Positions 19,201 through 29,200 of a stretch of DNA of 64,000 bases are shown here, one piece after another. A program made the translations under genes and the position numbers. The notes under the pieces are model-generated. The model was not told the DNA's origin. It did no database searches and saw only the letters and a list, made by a program, of their open reading frames with translations. The stretch's first letter is position 1. Each line of letters opens with the position of its first letter. Origin of the DNA: Sumerlaeia bacterium (GTDB lineage Bacteria > Sumerlaeota > Sumerlaeia > SLMS01 > JAHLLQ01); assembly GCA_040219255.1 (NCBI GenBank), contig JAVJSW010000004.1:127266-191265 (forward strand). Direction: 5' to 3'.

Positions 19201-21025
19201 CGTCGTCTATTTCCGCGTCCTGCCAGTCGACGAACCGGAGCGGCAAACTTGGCTGAGGACGCCGCTGACTTTGCCGGCCGACAGCGTCACGACCGCCGCG
19301 GTTTCGCTCGGCGGCGGGGGGAAATTGACCGACGTGAACCTGAATGGACTCAACATCACCCATCCCTCTATGGGGGACTTGACGCTCGAACTCGAGGCCC
19401 CCGGTGGCCAGCGCATTGTGCTGATGGACCGCGAAGGCGGCGACGGTGGCAATGCGGTCAACCTGACTTTCGACGATGAATCCGCCGAGTCGATCCTCGG
19501 CACCGCCGCGCCATTCACCGGACGTTTTCAGCCCCAGGAACCGCTCGCCTGTCTGATCGGGGCGGGCAACGCCACCGTTTGTGGTTTTGCCCAAGTCGAA
19601 ACCGATGGCGAGGGTCAGTGGATTCTTCGCATCACCAATCACAACCAGACGCGTTCCGGAAAGCTGAATTCCTGGGGGCTGGAAGCCAACCGGCGCTTGT
19701 CCCCGAATTACGCGGTGAACCTGACGGCGCCACCGACGCTCTGGACCTTGATCGTGCGCGACTCGGTGCAGGGCCCGGAAGACGCCGTCCCCAACCCGCG
19801 CCTGGTGCGCTGGGGCCTTCGCGTCAGCACCAGCGGCGGCCAGATCAAGGGCACCGTGGTCAACGAGTCAGGCAGCCCCGTGCGCGACGCCCGCGTCTCC
19901 CTTGTAGGACGGGAAGTCATCCCCGAACGCGTCACCGCCTCCGACGGCTCCTTCAGCTTCGACGCGGAATTCGGCATCTACACCCTCACGGTCTCGCATC
20001 CGGATTACCAGCAGGCCTCCGTGACTCGGCGCTTCTTCGAAAACGACAGTGCCGATTCGCAGGTCCTGGACGTCGGTGAGGTCACTCTCCTCCGCCGCCA
20101 GGGCTTCGAGGAAGCGGGACGCTACGCGCTGACGGTTCAGCCCTACGAGGCGTGGGTTCTGGCCGAGGATACCGCGGAAACCGCCTACGACGAGTCCACC
20201 ACGGAGGTGCGCATCGAGTTCAAGGTGCCCTCCGGCGCGGATCTCGGCGTCCATACGATGACGGTCTACGCGTTCGATGGCGCCACCACATCGCCGGTTT
20301 CGCTGACGGTGACTTCGTTGGATGGTTCCTCGTCCCAGACAGCCACGACCATCGCGGGCGGCATGCGGGAGATCTACGCAGGAACCGCCAAGTTCGGTGC
20401 GGGCGTCTATGCCTTCACCATCCAGACGAATCAGCCCACCTTCCCGGGTCTGGCCACTAGCGAAGTCGCCGCGCCTCTGCCCCTCACCGTCCACAGCACC
20501 CAGGGACAAGGGTCGAAGAACTGGTGGATCAACCGCTATGCGTTCTATACCGGGACTAGCGACCCCATCGGCGACAAGAACCCCGCCAACACGCCCAACG
20601 ATCCGGCTCAGTGGAATTACTTCCTGCGCGACACGGCAGGATTCGATCTCGACCGGCCATCGGTCGCGGTGGCCGGAAACACCGTGTCGCCCTATCCGGC
20701 GGCGGCCTACTCGACGCAAATCGACCCGCAGGACAGCGAGAGCTTCGCCTACGAAGACGATCTGGATGTCTTCCCCAACCCAAGCCCCGACGGAAGCCCC
20801 AACCCCGACGGGCGCTACGATCCTTATCCCAGAAATCCGGACGGCGGGCAGCTTCGTTGGCGAGCCTTCCTGTCCTTCAATTCTCAAATCGTCGGCAGTT
20901 CCTTCGGCACTCTTCAGGAGCGGCGCCCCGCCGGCCAGGAAGCGGCGCCCCAGGTCGGGACGATCTTCTTCAGCGGCGCCATGCCCCTATTCGCTATCCA
21001 GGAACGAGAGGACTCAACTCCGTGA
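16277..21025 (+). CDS. Large secreted multidomain scaffold/adhesin (1582 aa): GWNL modules, two proprotein-convertase P-like domains, a cohesin-like domain and a carboxypeptidase-regulatory-like domain
   Basis: Signal peptide MKPTRLFLCTALMAILASTLVRA; ELRPGWNL and FDRGWNLLGLP; IDHPRVGDLEVSLQAP and ITHPSMGDLTLELEAP; GQIKGTVVNESGSPV...GIYTLTVSHPDY. Confidence 0.75.
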   Translation: MKPTRLFLCTALMAILASTLVRAEVTQKVELRPGWNLYSAWFDSPAFVDPEIYFSPLLEGTEGTKPLKLAYRWRNTTPDGDPLAAADGEWSLYVFDIPSSLPDFPTTAGAYLLADPEFTQLEKYQAYWLYLELPVDEESVDFVTTGTLGPGAVHFDRGWNLLGLPLGDSLAVSGTRTQIDFESVLRGARDRIAEVYYVDSNNGTGFYPAEPIEGAIPAISTFFSGSFVSGSGNWFYATEDFDLTPKLRTVFPPDSDFPPENLNGAPVADDVDRNRYHNVTGIIEDGEDVRDIVFRFQALEALVEEVLPVTISNRGTRSELENADPEDDGQGVLAYQVTWHPLRPGYTTPHDPLTTPAASAYIPVDDFSEFPEDSPFRTWLRALLPTETRVLLPDGRVDPVVVSRAQPLSENPVTGFSSTDINGLTLVADRAGLPVNTSTADVDSQGAPKPINNLLAHGELHIHSNAAPVRRVRVRAEVPPLAGTFEGKAYITRINGIPADPAFSMDMSLSLFEDAEQRLRGVIDSERVLLYPKDVPITGTKLTSDGNRYVLTGSFFLNPGDVNRHPYDRYNPSLSDDGTGDVDWDLDGKYDRLNPLPYLIERSMIFYGYRESDRLLSGEFSETLAGLTAEPMNLEGVFEVLRVSYEARKRGELSWTNPRIIAMDATGLSPFEEIRSTVKVDRPVRIDDLTVELAIDHPRVGDLEVSLQAPDLNEYVIFAVDDFTSGGVNFDGRTANLYEAFSSAPTAPPGSLQYRKNRTRRAPDLGKLKGVVAGSATLYGRASINGEETPNVPAALDSSQTACFSLFSESGGFLCDPADPGSEPPAALAIANNSRTVRVSSWYFRSGASEDEVTDLVCSTDGFAARYLSTGDPLEAGSVIGVVLRADPNPIDPNPNDGDTATTTSWLLDIDTYQAGLSYPPQLLEFIEARTLPTCQDNLAFPNFSAAPQVEERAGSLILSARDRSGATFRGGALCVVYFRVLPVDEPERQTWLRTPLTLPADSVTTAAVSLGGGGKLTDVNLNGLNITHPSMGDLTLELEAPGGQRIVLMDREGGDGGNAVNLTFDDESAESILGTAAPFTGRFQPQEPLACLIGAGNATVCGFAQVETDGEGQWILRITNHNQTRSGKLNSWGLEANRRLSPNYAVNLTAPPTLWTLIVRDSVQGPEDAVPNPRLVRWGLRVSTSGGQIKGTVVNESGSPVRDARVSLVGREVIPERVTASDGSFSFDAEFGIYTLTVSHPDYQQASVTRRFFENDSADSQVLDVGEVTLLRRQGFEEAGRYALTVQPYEAWVLAEDTAETAYDESTTEVRIEFKVPSGADLGVHTMTVYAFDGATTSPVSLTVTSLDGSSSQTATTIAGGMREIYAGTAKFGAGVYAFTIQTNQPTFPGLATSEVAAPLPLTVHSTQGQGSKNWWINRYAFYTGTSDPIGDKNPANTPNDPAQWNYFLRDTAGFDLDRPSVAVAGNTVSPYPAAAYSTQIDPQDSESFAYEDDLDVFPNPSPDGSPNPDGRYDPYPRNPDGGQLRWRAFLSFNSQIVGSSFGTLQERRPAGQEAAPQVGTIFFSGAMPLFAIQEREDSTP

Positions 21026-24000
21026 TTTCCCTTCGCACATGTCTTGCCGTGGCGCTTCTGGCGCTGCCGCTGTCGCTCTCGGCACAGCCCCGGTCCCTCG
21101 ATGACATCGAGACGGACCTGGAGGACGCCCGCACCTATCGCCTCGGCTATCCGCTCGACAAGAGCCGGTCGGCCCTGCGCGAGGAATGGCGCGGTCAGGA
21201 TCGCTTCTCCACCTTCGTCACGCTCCGCCGCGAGGTGCAGGACTACCTGCTCTCGCCCCCCGATGGCACCACGGACGCGGACCGTGAGCGGGCGCTGCGT
21301 ATCCTTCGCGAGTGCGTGAACGAATCGCTGTCCGGTCAGCTCCAGGTCGGCAACGAGCAGCTCCTCAACGCCGGGCGGCGCAAGTTCCCGTCGGTCATTT
21401 CGCCCGCCTCGCTCGAGCAGCTCCGCGCCCCCTACGACGAACGCGACGAGTGGAAGGAACTGGCCCTGGCCGCCGCCGAGTTCGACATGAGCATCCTTGA
21501 GGCCCTCGACGCCGTGCGGTCCGTTCCCGAGTCCAAGCTGCCCCTGGGCGAGGCCCGGGTTCTAAGAAGCCGCGGCGGCGACGAAACGATCAATACCCCG
21601 GCGGAAGGCTTCCCCACCTATACGATCATCGATCAGCCGGAATTCGAAGCCGCCAACAGCCAGTTCATCCGCACGGAAGCCAACCTGCTGACGGGGACGC
21701 TGTCGCGCCGCGGGCTGGCGGCGTCCGCGCTGGTGGACCGGATGCGGCGGCTGGCCTATCGCGCCAACAACGAGGTGGAAGGCCGCCAGCGCCACGGCGA
21801 GCAAGGCGAGAAGCGCAAGGAAGAGTACAACCGCCTCGCCATGGAGCGCGCCAAACGCGACGGCCAGTTGATGTTCTACTCGGGCCTGATCCTGCGCAGT
21901 CAGCTCCAGGCCACCAGCGGCGATGTGAACCGCGACGACTTCAAACTGCACAATGGCGACAAGCTCTTCGCGTCGATGAGCCAGCTCAACATTCTCTTCA
22001 AGGACATCCGCGACGGCCGGCCGCCCACCGGCATCGCCGACCAATTCGTCCCCAGCCCCAACAAACGCGTCGGCGGCCAGCAAGGCTACCTGAGCGACGC
22101 CATCACCTCCGTCAGCCGCGCCAAGGAAAGCCAGCAACTGGCCGAAGCCCGCCTGAACCAATTCCAGCAGGCCCAAGTCAGCCAGGTGGAACGCAACCGC
22201 GGCATCCGCGAGCAGTACCTCACCCAAATCGGCCAACTGACCGGCTTCCTGGTGGACGCGGACGCCGGCGTGCTGGCCGATCCGCTGGATGAGGGGCGGG
22301 TGTTTACGCTGAGTTCGGCGGAGGATCGGGGGGAATTCCTGGATCTGTTGGATGAGCGGATAGAAGAGGCCACGAATCAACTGCGAGAAGGTTCGGGTCA
22401 AACGGTCGTCGCACAATTGGGAACGATCGGTTCAGCGCTTGTCAGAAGGCAACAGACGTTTATTTCAGCGGAACTTGCACAGGAAAAAGTCAATCAAATC
22501 GGATCATCTATTGGCCGAATTGAACAAAAGACCCAACGAGCAAATGCAACGACGGAAAAGTACACACAAAAGAGAAATGTCAATGCGCTCATCATCGGTG
22601 TTTTGCAATCTGTATACGACGGCATTATTGCCGGCAAGCCCGACAACCCCTTCAATGCCAGCCCGTCGGCTAGCATCGCCGCAGGGGCAAGAACTTTCCT
22701 AGGCACGATTGACCGAATATCGGGAAACCTAATTTCGCAGTCGGAATCCATCGAGTTTCGGAATTTGGATAGCGAGTTTCAGATCAAAGAGATTCTGGGT
22801 GGAGTTCGATCTTCTGAGCTTGAGGTCGATATTCAACTTAGTTCCTCCACCCAAGCCTCCCTCGAAATCGATCAACTCCGCCGCCAAATCTCCGACCTCG
22901 TCGAAAACCTCAACATCTACCGCGTCGAGACCTCGGAACTTTGGTATCTCGATCCCTCCCTCGAACGCGAAAAGGAAGACGCGGAAATCCAGGCCGATCT
23001 CGATCTGCAGGATTGCCTCGCCACACTTTACGATCTGACGCGGGCGCTCGAGTTCTACTGGACCGAGGACTTCCAGAACCCGGTGCAGACCATCGACGGC
23101 GGCATTGTGACGCTGCCGAACTTTGCCAACGATTTCACGGAAATCGACGATCTCTATGCCATCACGGACGCCTTCGACGCGGAGAAATACCTGAACGCCG
23201 TGGGCTTCAACCTCAGCGCCGGCAGCGCCGCCGGCTGGGACAGCACGCTGCGGGCGTTGCGCCAGTCGGTCCCGGCCACCAACCAGACGGTGCTGCTGTC
23301 GCTGCGCAAGGACATCCTCGGCTTCGTCGTGCCGGAACGCGTTTACTGGGACGTGGCCCTGGACCGGCCCGGCGATAAACTGGTGCAGATTCACGAGGCC
23401 GGGCACATCCTCTCGGGCTTTGAAAACGCCTACGCCTATTACGAAAACGAGGCCATCACCAAGTTCCGCGACGCCCTCCACAGCGGCCGCCGCGACGCCT
23501 GGGAATTCGCCTTTGGCACGGGACGCGACCCCCAGCGCTTCCGCCCCGGGTTCGAGATGGTTTTCAGCACCAACGAGAAGTCGGCCTATTACTACGACGC
23601 CCGCGAGTGGAACGCCCGCATCGAAACCATCCAGGTGGACGTGCGCACAGAAGGCGGGTTCCTCCCCCCCGGCCAGGAAGAAAACTTCATCCGCCTGAAC
23701 CTGATCCAGGAAGGCACGGTGAAGTTCCGCCGCTCCTTCCCGCTCGAACTCTCCGACGCGCAGTTCGATGTGTACCAGACCGAGTTCCGCTATCGTTCGG
23801 ACCGGCTCCGGGTTTCGCCCTATGAATTCCCGGTCCACGCCAGCGTCAACGGCAGCACCGGCCAGTTCGGCGGTCAAGTCACCCCGCTGCCGTATTTCTT
23901 CAGCCCCATCTGCAGCAGTTGGCGGGTGGTTCTCGATCCGCTCTCGCACACGGCGAACAACTACGCCGACATCAACAAAATCAAAGACATCCGTCTGATC

Positions 24001-24048
24001 ATGACGCTGCGGTCGGGCATCCCTCCGACCCTGGCGGAAGGACTGTAA
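21022..24048 (+). CDS. Secreted coiled-coil protein (1008 aa) resembling the translocation channel and TcB-binding C-terminus of Tc toxin A subunits
   Basis: GTG start overlaps the upstream TGA; signal peptide MISLRTCLAVALLALPLSLSA. Long heptad helices flank a hydrophobic hairpin (NALIIGVLQSVYDGIIAG...ASIAAGARTFLG). C-terminus RIETIQVDV...SSWRVVL...DINKIKDIRLIMTLRS. Sits upstream of an SpvB/RHS gene. Confidence 0.6.
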   Translation: MISLRTCLAVALLALPLSLSAQPRSLDDIETDLEDARTYRLGYPLDKSRSALREEWRGQDRFSTFVTLRREVQDYLLSPPDGTTDADRERALRILRECVNESLSGQLQVGNEQLLNAGRRKFPSVISPASLEQLRAPYDERDEWKELALAAAEFDMSILEALDAVRSVPESKLPLGEARVLRSRGGDETINTPAEGFPTYTIIDQPEFEAANSQFIRTEANLLTGTLSRRGLAASALVDRMRRLAYRANNEVEGRQRHGEQGEKRKEEYNRLAMERAKRDGQLMFYSGLILRSQLQATSGDVNRDDFKLHNGDKLFASMSQLNILFKDIRDGRPPTGIADQFVPSPNKRVGGQQGYLSDAITSVSRAKESQQLAEARLNQFQQAQVSQVERNRGIREQYLTQIGQLTGFLVDADAGVLADPLDEGRVFTLSSAEDRGEFLDLLDERIEEATNQLREGSGQTVVAQLGTIGSALVRRQQTFISAELAQEKVNQIGSSIGRIEQKTQRANATTEKYTQKRNVNALIIGVLQSVYDGIIAGKPDNPFNASPSASIAAGARTFLGTIDRISGNLISQSESIEFRNLDSEFQIKEILGGVRSSELEVDIQLSSSTQASLEIDQLRRQISDLVENLNIYRVETSELWYLDPSLEREKEDAEIQADLDLQDCLATLYDLTRALEFYWTEDFQNPVQTIDGGIVTLPNFANDFTEIDDLYAITDAFDAEKYLNAVGFNLSAGSAAGWDSTLRALRQSVPATNQTVLLSLRKDILGFVVPERVYWDVALDRPGDKLVQIHEAGHILSGFENAYAYYENEAITKFRDALHSGRRDAWEFAFGTGRDPQRFRPGFEMVFSTNEKSAYYYDAREWNARIETIQVDVRTEGGFLPPGQEENFIRLNLIQEGTVKFRRSFPLELSDAQFDVYQTEFRYRSDRLRVSPYEFPVHASVNGSTGQFGGQVTPLPYFFSPICSSWRVVLDPLSHTANNYADINKIKDIRLIMTLRSGIPPTLAEGL

Positions 24049-24111
24049 CGCGCCACCATGCCCCTCGCCCAATCCACACCCCCAAGCGACCCATCACAGG
24101 AGTCCCCCATC

Positions 24112-26169
24112 ATGTCGTTCATTGCCCGCAAAACGCTCGGTTTCTTTTCGTGCCTGCTGGCGGCGGCGCTGCTCGCCACCGCCCCGGCCATCGCCCAGGA
24201 AGACAACATCCCCGAATACATCCCGCTCCAGGGCCAGTTGACGAACCAGAACGTCTCGGGCGGCGCCGGCAACGAAGTCGCCGAGGATGGCGTCTACACC
24301 CTCACCGTTCGCATCTACGAAGCCCCCACCGGTTCGTCGATCCTCTGGGAAGACACGTTCCAGAACCTGCCGGTGGTCAACGGCGTCTTCAACGTGATCC
24401 TGGGCAGCCAGCGCAGCCTCAACGACATCGCCAGCCCCGTCGGCGACGAAGACCTCCTCGACCGTCTCGCCCAACGCGGCGTGCTCTACGTCGGCCTCAC
24501 CATCAGCGAACGCGACGGCCTCGAACTCGTCGGCCCCGTCGAAATGCTCCCCCGGCTGACGCTTCTCCCGGTGGCGCTGTCGATGAAGAGCAAGAAGGCG
24601 ATCAATTCCGATCTGCTCGACAATCGCCACTGGGATTACTACTTCACGGGGGATAAGGCCAAGGATGCGAACAAACTGGATGGGTATGATTGGAACGACC
24701 TGCTGACCGGGCCGGGTGCCGTGGGGGATGGTTCGGTGAAGGTGAAGGGGGCGTTTTTGCCCGAGGACAAGATCACCCCGACGGGCGCGACCGTCCAACC
24801 TGGAACAATGCTGGAGCAAATGGGTGGTTTGATCGATTACGTGATCGATCCCCGGAGTTTGGACTCGAACAACGATGGAACCCCGGATTTGGCTCTCGGC
24901 GCGGCGACCACTTTGGCGGGCAGCGCGGTGACCACGACCTACACGACGTGGATGGTGTGTGCTCAAAATTCGCAGGGCACACTGAAGTTCCCCGATCCGG
25001 CGACGCCGGGGCTGGCACCCGCCGTGGCGGCGAGTTATGAGGTGATCGATGTGTCGTTGAGGGGGCTGACGATTCCGGCGAAACAATTGACAACCGGACA
25101 AATCGCGAATCCAACCTATGATTGGAGGGAATTGACACCTGCTCCAGGGCAGACGGCGATCCCTGTTGGTCAGTCGGCTATACCTCAGGGCTCTAACAAG
25201 GCTCAAGGTATGGCATATGATCCTGCTTTGGATTCTTACTGGCTTATGATCGATAATTTTACCGCGGTTTATATTATATGGAGAGACGATCAGGATGATA
25301 GCAGGTATAAGTTTCGCCAAGTAGATTTTCCACCAGGCACGGATTCTATTACAACGGAGGGCGATGGACTCGAAGTTGTGATTGATCCAATAACCAGTGA
25401 CCGACTGCTGTTGGTGGGTTCAGGAGTTTCCGGAGACAATTTCCATCTCCCATTTACAACGGAAATTGTTGGGACAACTCCGGAGACTGCAACTCTCATA
25501 AATTGGTATCAAGGCATTGTTGGTGGTGCCAGTAGTGCCAACCGCTATGCTTATGGAGCCATTTACGACCACAAGCGCCATCGCTTTCATCAATGGGGTG
25601 GTCGAAAATCACAAGATGGTGCTATTCAAGGAACCTACCTGCGATATGATTTGGCAAACAACCTTCTGACTTTTGGGGAGAATATTTCGAGTTCGACGTC
25701 TAGTGTCGCTGAGGCCTACACGGCTTTCGATCCCGTCAACGACATTGGATATATCGTCGGTGGCGAGGTTGGGGTTTCCGTTGAATTGCGAACATTCGAT
25801 CCGGTTACGGAGTTGTTCACAAGTTTGGGAAGAAACGATATGGAGGGAGATTCTACAGGCATCGGATTCATTCATCCATTTACCAGGAAATTTATGGGCT
25901 GGGGCGGTAGAACAGACAACAATTTGGGTAATAATTCCCTCTGGCTTTTTGATCCGGATGAACCGAATTGGGATATTACATATCTTCAAACAAATGCCCC
26001 CGAAGCCAGAATGAGTCACGTCGGTTGCATGGATACGAAAAGACAGAGACTAATTATGTTTGGTGGCACGGACATCGGCACTGGAAATAATATTCTGGCC
26101 GACCTCTGGGAACTCGACTTCGGCGGCAAAGTCGCCACCCAAGGCACCATCATCAAAGTCGGCCCCTGA
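24112..26169 (+). CDS. Secreted tail-fibre/tail-collar-like protein with an AT-rich beta-propeller (kelch-like) head
   Basis: RBS AGGAG; signal peptide ending APAIA. N-domain IPLQGQLT...RIYEAPTG..LW...VVNGVFNVILG; fibre-type DLLDN/DANKLDG repeats; degenerate collar motifs; kelch-like WGGR, MGWGG and LIMFGG...ADLWEL. Confidence 0.65.
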   Translation: MSFIARKTLGFFSCLLAAALLATAPAIAQEDNIPEYIPLQGQLTNQNVSGGAGNEVAEDGVYTLTVRIYEAPTGSSILWEDTFQNLPVVNGVFNVILGSQRSLNDIASPVGDEDLLDRLAQRGVLYVGLTISERDGLELVGPVEMLPRLTLLPVALSMKSKKAINSDLLDNRHWDYYFTGDKAKDANKLDGYDWNDLLTGPGAVGDGSVKVKGAFLPEDKITPTGATVQPGTMLEQMGGLIDYVIDPRSLDSNNDGTPDLALGAATTLAGSAVTTTYTTWMVCAQNSQGTLKFPDPATPGLAPAVAASYEVIDVSLRGLTIPAKQLTTGQIANPTYDWRELTPAPGQTAIPVGQSAIPQGSNKAQGMAYDPALDSYWLMIDNFTAVYIIWRDDQDDSRYKFRQVDFPPGTDSITTEGDGLEVVIDPITSDRLLLVGSGVSGDNFHLPFTTEIVGTTPETATLINWYQGIVGGASSANRYAYGAIYDHKRHRFHQWGGRKSQDGAIQGTYLRYDLANNLLTFGENISSSTSSVAEAYTAFDPVNDIGYIVGGEVGVSVELRTFDPVTELFTSLGRNDMEGDSTGIGFIHPFTRKFMGWGGRTDNNLGNNSLWLFDPDEPNWDITYLQTNAPEARMSHVGCMDTKRQRLIMFGGTDIGTGNNILADLWELDFGGKVATQGTIIKVGP

Positions 26170-26209
26170 TCCCCCGCGCCATTCCCCCGCCCCGGAGTTC
26201 CCCGCCCCC

Positions 26210-29200
26210 TTGTTCCCCAAGCCCGCTCAACGCCGTCCCGTCCGCCTCTGCGGCCGCCCTCTCGGGGCGGCGGTCCTGGCTATGGCGATGGCGGCTGTAG
26301 GCATCGCCCCCGCCCAGGACAAATCCGGCGTGAAACCCAACGTCCTCTCGCTCCCCACCGGCGCCGGGTCGGTGGAGGGATTGGGCGAATCGTTCGAGCC
26401 TCAGCTCAATTCCGGCACCGGGTCTTATAGCGTGAAGATCGCGATTCCTCCAGGGCGGGCGGGGTTCGCTCCGGGGATGACGTTGGCGTACAATACGGGC
26501 GCCGGGAATTCGGAGTACGGCATCGGGTGGTCGCTGGCCATTCCGATGATCCAGCGTCAGACGGACAAGGGTCTGCCGGCCTATTCGGACGCGGACGTGT
26601 TTCTCTATCAGGGCGAGGAACTGGCTCGGCTGACCGATGGCACCTGGCGCTGCGAGAACGAGGGGAGCTTTGTCCGCCTGCGGCGCGAGGGGCTCGGCTG
26701 GGTGGCGACGGAGCGGGGCGGCACGCGGCATTACTTCGGCGAGACAACGCGGCAGCTTCGCGGCGGCAAGGACCGCTTCGACGAGACCTTTTGCTGGCAC
26801 CTGGACCGCAGCGTCGACGTGAACGGCAACACGATTCGCTATGTGTATCGCCAGTTCGAGGACTCGCCCGGCCGCTTCTATCCCAGCCGCGTGCGCTACA
26901 ATGAAAACGAGGCGGGGACCAAGTACTTCGAGGTGTCGTTCGAGTACAGCAACCCGGCGCTGTCCTCGCCCCAGACCGGCGCGGTCGCGTTGGCCGATTG
27001 GTGGGAAGCGGCCCGCAAGACCGAACGGGCTGAGAAGGCGCTGCAAACGGGCTATGCGGTGCCGGAGGGCTGGGACGAGAGTTTTCAGTTGGCCGGCGTG
27101 GACACGCGGCCCGACGCGCTGTCGGATTTCCGCGCCGGGTTTCATCAGCGCTGGGGCCGGCGGTGCAGCGCCATCAGCGTCAAGCAAGAAAACCTGACGA
27201 TCCGCCGCTACGAATTGCGCTATCAGGACGAGGACGCGGACAAGGACGCGCTGCAGAGCGACCTGTCGCTGCTGCGGACGGTGACGGTCTTTGGCAAGAA
27301 CGCGCCGCCGCCCTACGACGACACGAATCGCTATCGCCTGCCGACGTTGACCTTCGATTACACCGAGTTGGCCCGGCCCGGCTCGGCGCCGGTCTTTCAG
27401 GTCCGCGGCGAGCCCCGCTTTCCCCTCGGCGATCCCAACACCGACGTGCTGGATGTGAACGCCGATGGCTTGCCCGACATCGTGCACATCGAGCCCGAGG
27501 ACTCGGTCTATTGGCTGAACCTGGGGCCGGATTTGGATGGGACGGTGCGCTTCTCGCCCGAGCAGCGCCTCCTCGACGTGCCCGGCGGCCTGCGCCTGTC
27601 GGACCCGAACGTTCAGCTCGCGGACTTCGACGGCGACAGCGCGACGGATCTGGTGCACTACAAGGGCCCCGGCGGCCAGAACATCGGCATCCTGTGCAGT
27701 CCCGCCCGCGTGGCGGAGAACTACACGGACGACGGCTTTTTCCAGAACGGCTTCTCGCGGCTTGGCGCCGAACAGACCTACACCGGCCCGGCGCCCTTCG
27801 CCCTCGGTCAGCCGAACGTGCAGTTTCAGGACCTGAACTTCGACAAGTTCATCGACGTCGTGGTCAGCGATCCCTTCGGCTTCACCTATTACCTGAACAA
27901 CGAAGGCCGGAGCTGGATCGATCTGGGCTCCACCGATTTCGGCGAGGCCGCCATGGCCAACGTGCCCTCGGCCATCCAGTTCGGCACCCCGGGCGTGCAG
28001 TTGGCCGACATGAACGGCGACCGCTTGCAGGATCTCGTGCAGGTGCTGGTGGACGATGGGCGGGCGCGGGTCACGTTTTGGCACTCGCGCGGCGACCGCC
28101 GGTGGGACCTGGGCCGGGTGATGCTGGGCAACACCTTCACGTTCTCGAGCAACGTCGAGGACCTGCGCGTGATGGACGTCAACGGCGATGGTTTGTCGGA
28201 CCTGGTGGCGCTGGGCAGCGGCACGCCGCGGAGCCGGCTGCGTTATTGGATCAACACGGGCAACGGCAGCTATGGGGCGCCGGTGACCTTTGACGAACGG
28301 ACGAGCCAGCTGCCCGCCTACACCGCCGAGACAGCCATCCGCTCCGCCGATATGAACGGCAACAACATGACCGATCTGGTCTATGCGAATGGGACGCGGA
28401 TCGAATTCTTCGACTTCTCCGGCGGCGGGCCAAAGCCCAACATGCTGTCCGGCGTGGACAATGGCATCGGCAAGAAAGTCCGCATTGATTATCGCTCGAG
28501 CATCGATCACATGGTCGCCGACCGCGAGGCGGGCCATCCCTGGCGCGAAGCGATTCCCATGGCGGTGCCCGTGGTGACCAACATCATCACCGCCTTCGGC
28601 CCGGCCTTCGACCTGAACGAGGACGGCAACGCCTGGACCATCGAGGGCCTGGAGCATGGCTTCGACATGGATGGCGACAGCAACTTCGACGAAGTCTACA
28701 CCGCCTCGATCCGCTATCACGACGCCTACTGGGACCCGTTCGAGAAGGAGCACCGGGGGTTTCGCTACGCCGAGAAAATCGAGTGGGGCGACGACTTTCA
28801 GCTCAAGTGGAACAGCCCCTTTCGCACCATCCCGGACGCGCACCCCATCGCCCGCGTGGGCGAAGCCAAGAGCGTCACCAGCGTCTCGCGATTCCGGTTT
28901 CACCTGGGCGATCCCGATGGCCTGGACAACCACGAATATCCCGAGCCCTATGGCGGCCCGACCCGCACCGACGAACGGACCGAGGACGGCGGCGGCGAGG
29001 AAGAGTCGCTGAAGGGCAAACCGCTGTGGGAGGAAACGGTCGACGGCGGGGCCTTGGCAGATGGGGCCCTAATCCCCGGCGAACCCGCGCCGCTGACCTA
29101 CGTCTACCTGCGCAAAGAATACGGCTACGAACTGCGGCGCCTGTATGGGCTCCAGGGCAACTCTCCCGTGCCCGCTCCCGCGTTCCGGAACACTTCGTCC

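Noticed and set aside
20611-21021. N-terminal extension of the 1145-aa ORF
   Set aside because: It overlaps the scaffold gene out of frame. GTG 21022, with RBS, stop overlap and signal peptide, is the better start.
24112-26169. Prophage or eCIS remnant, suggested by tail-fibre motifs
   Set aside because: No capsid, sheath, tube, baseplate, integrase or lysis genes nearby, and the protein has a signal peptide.
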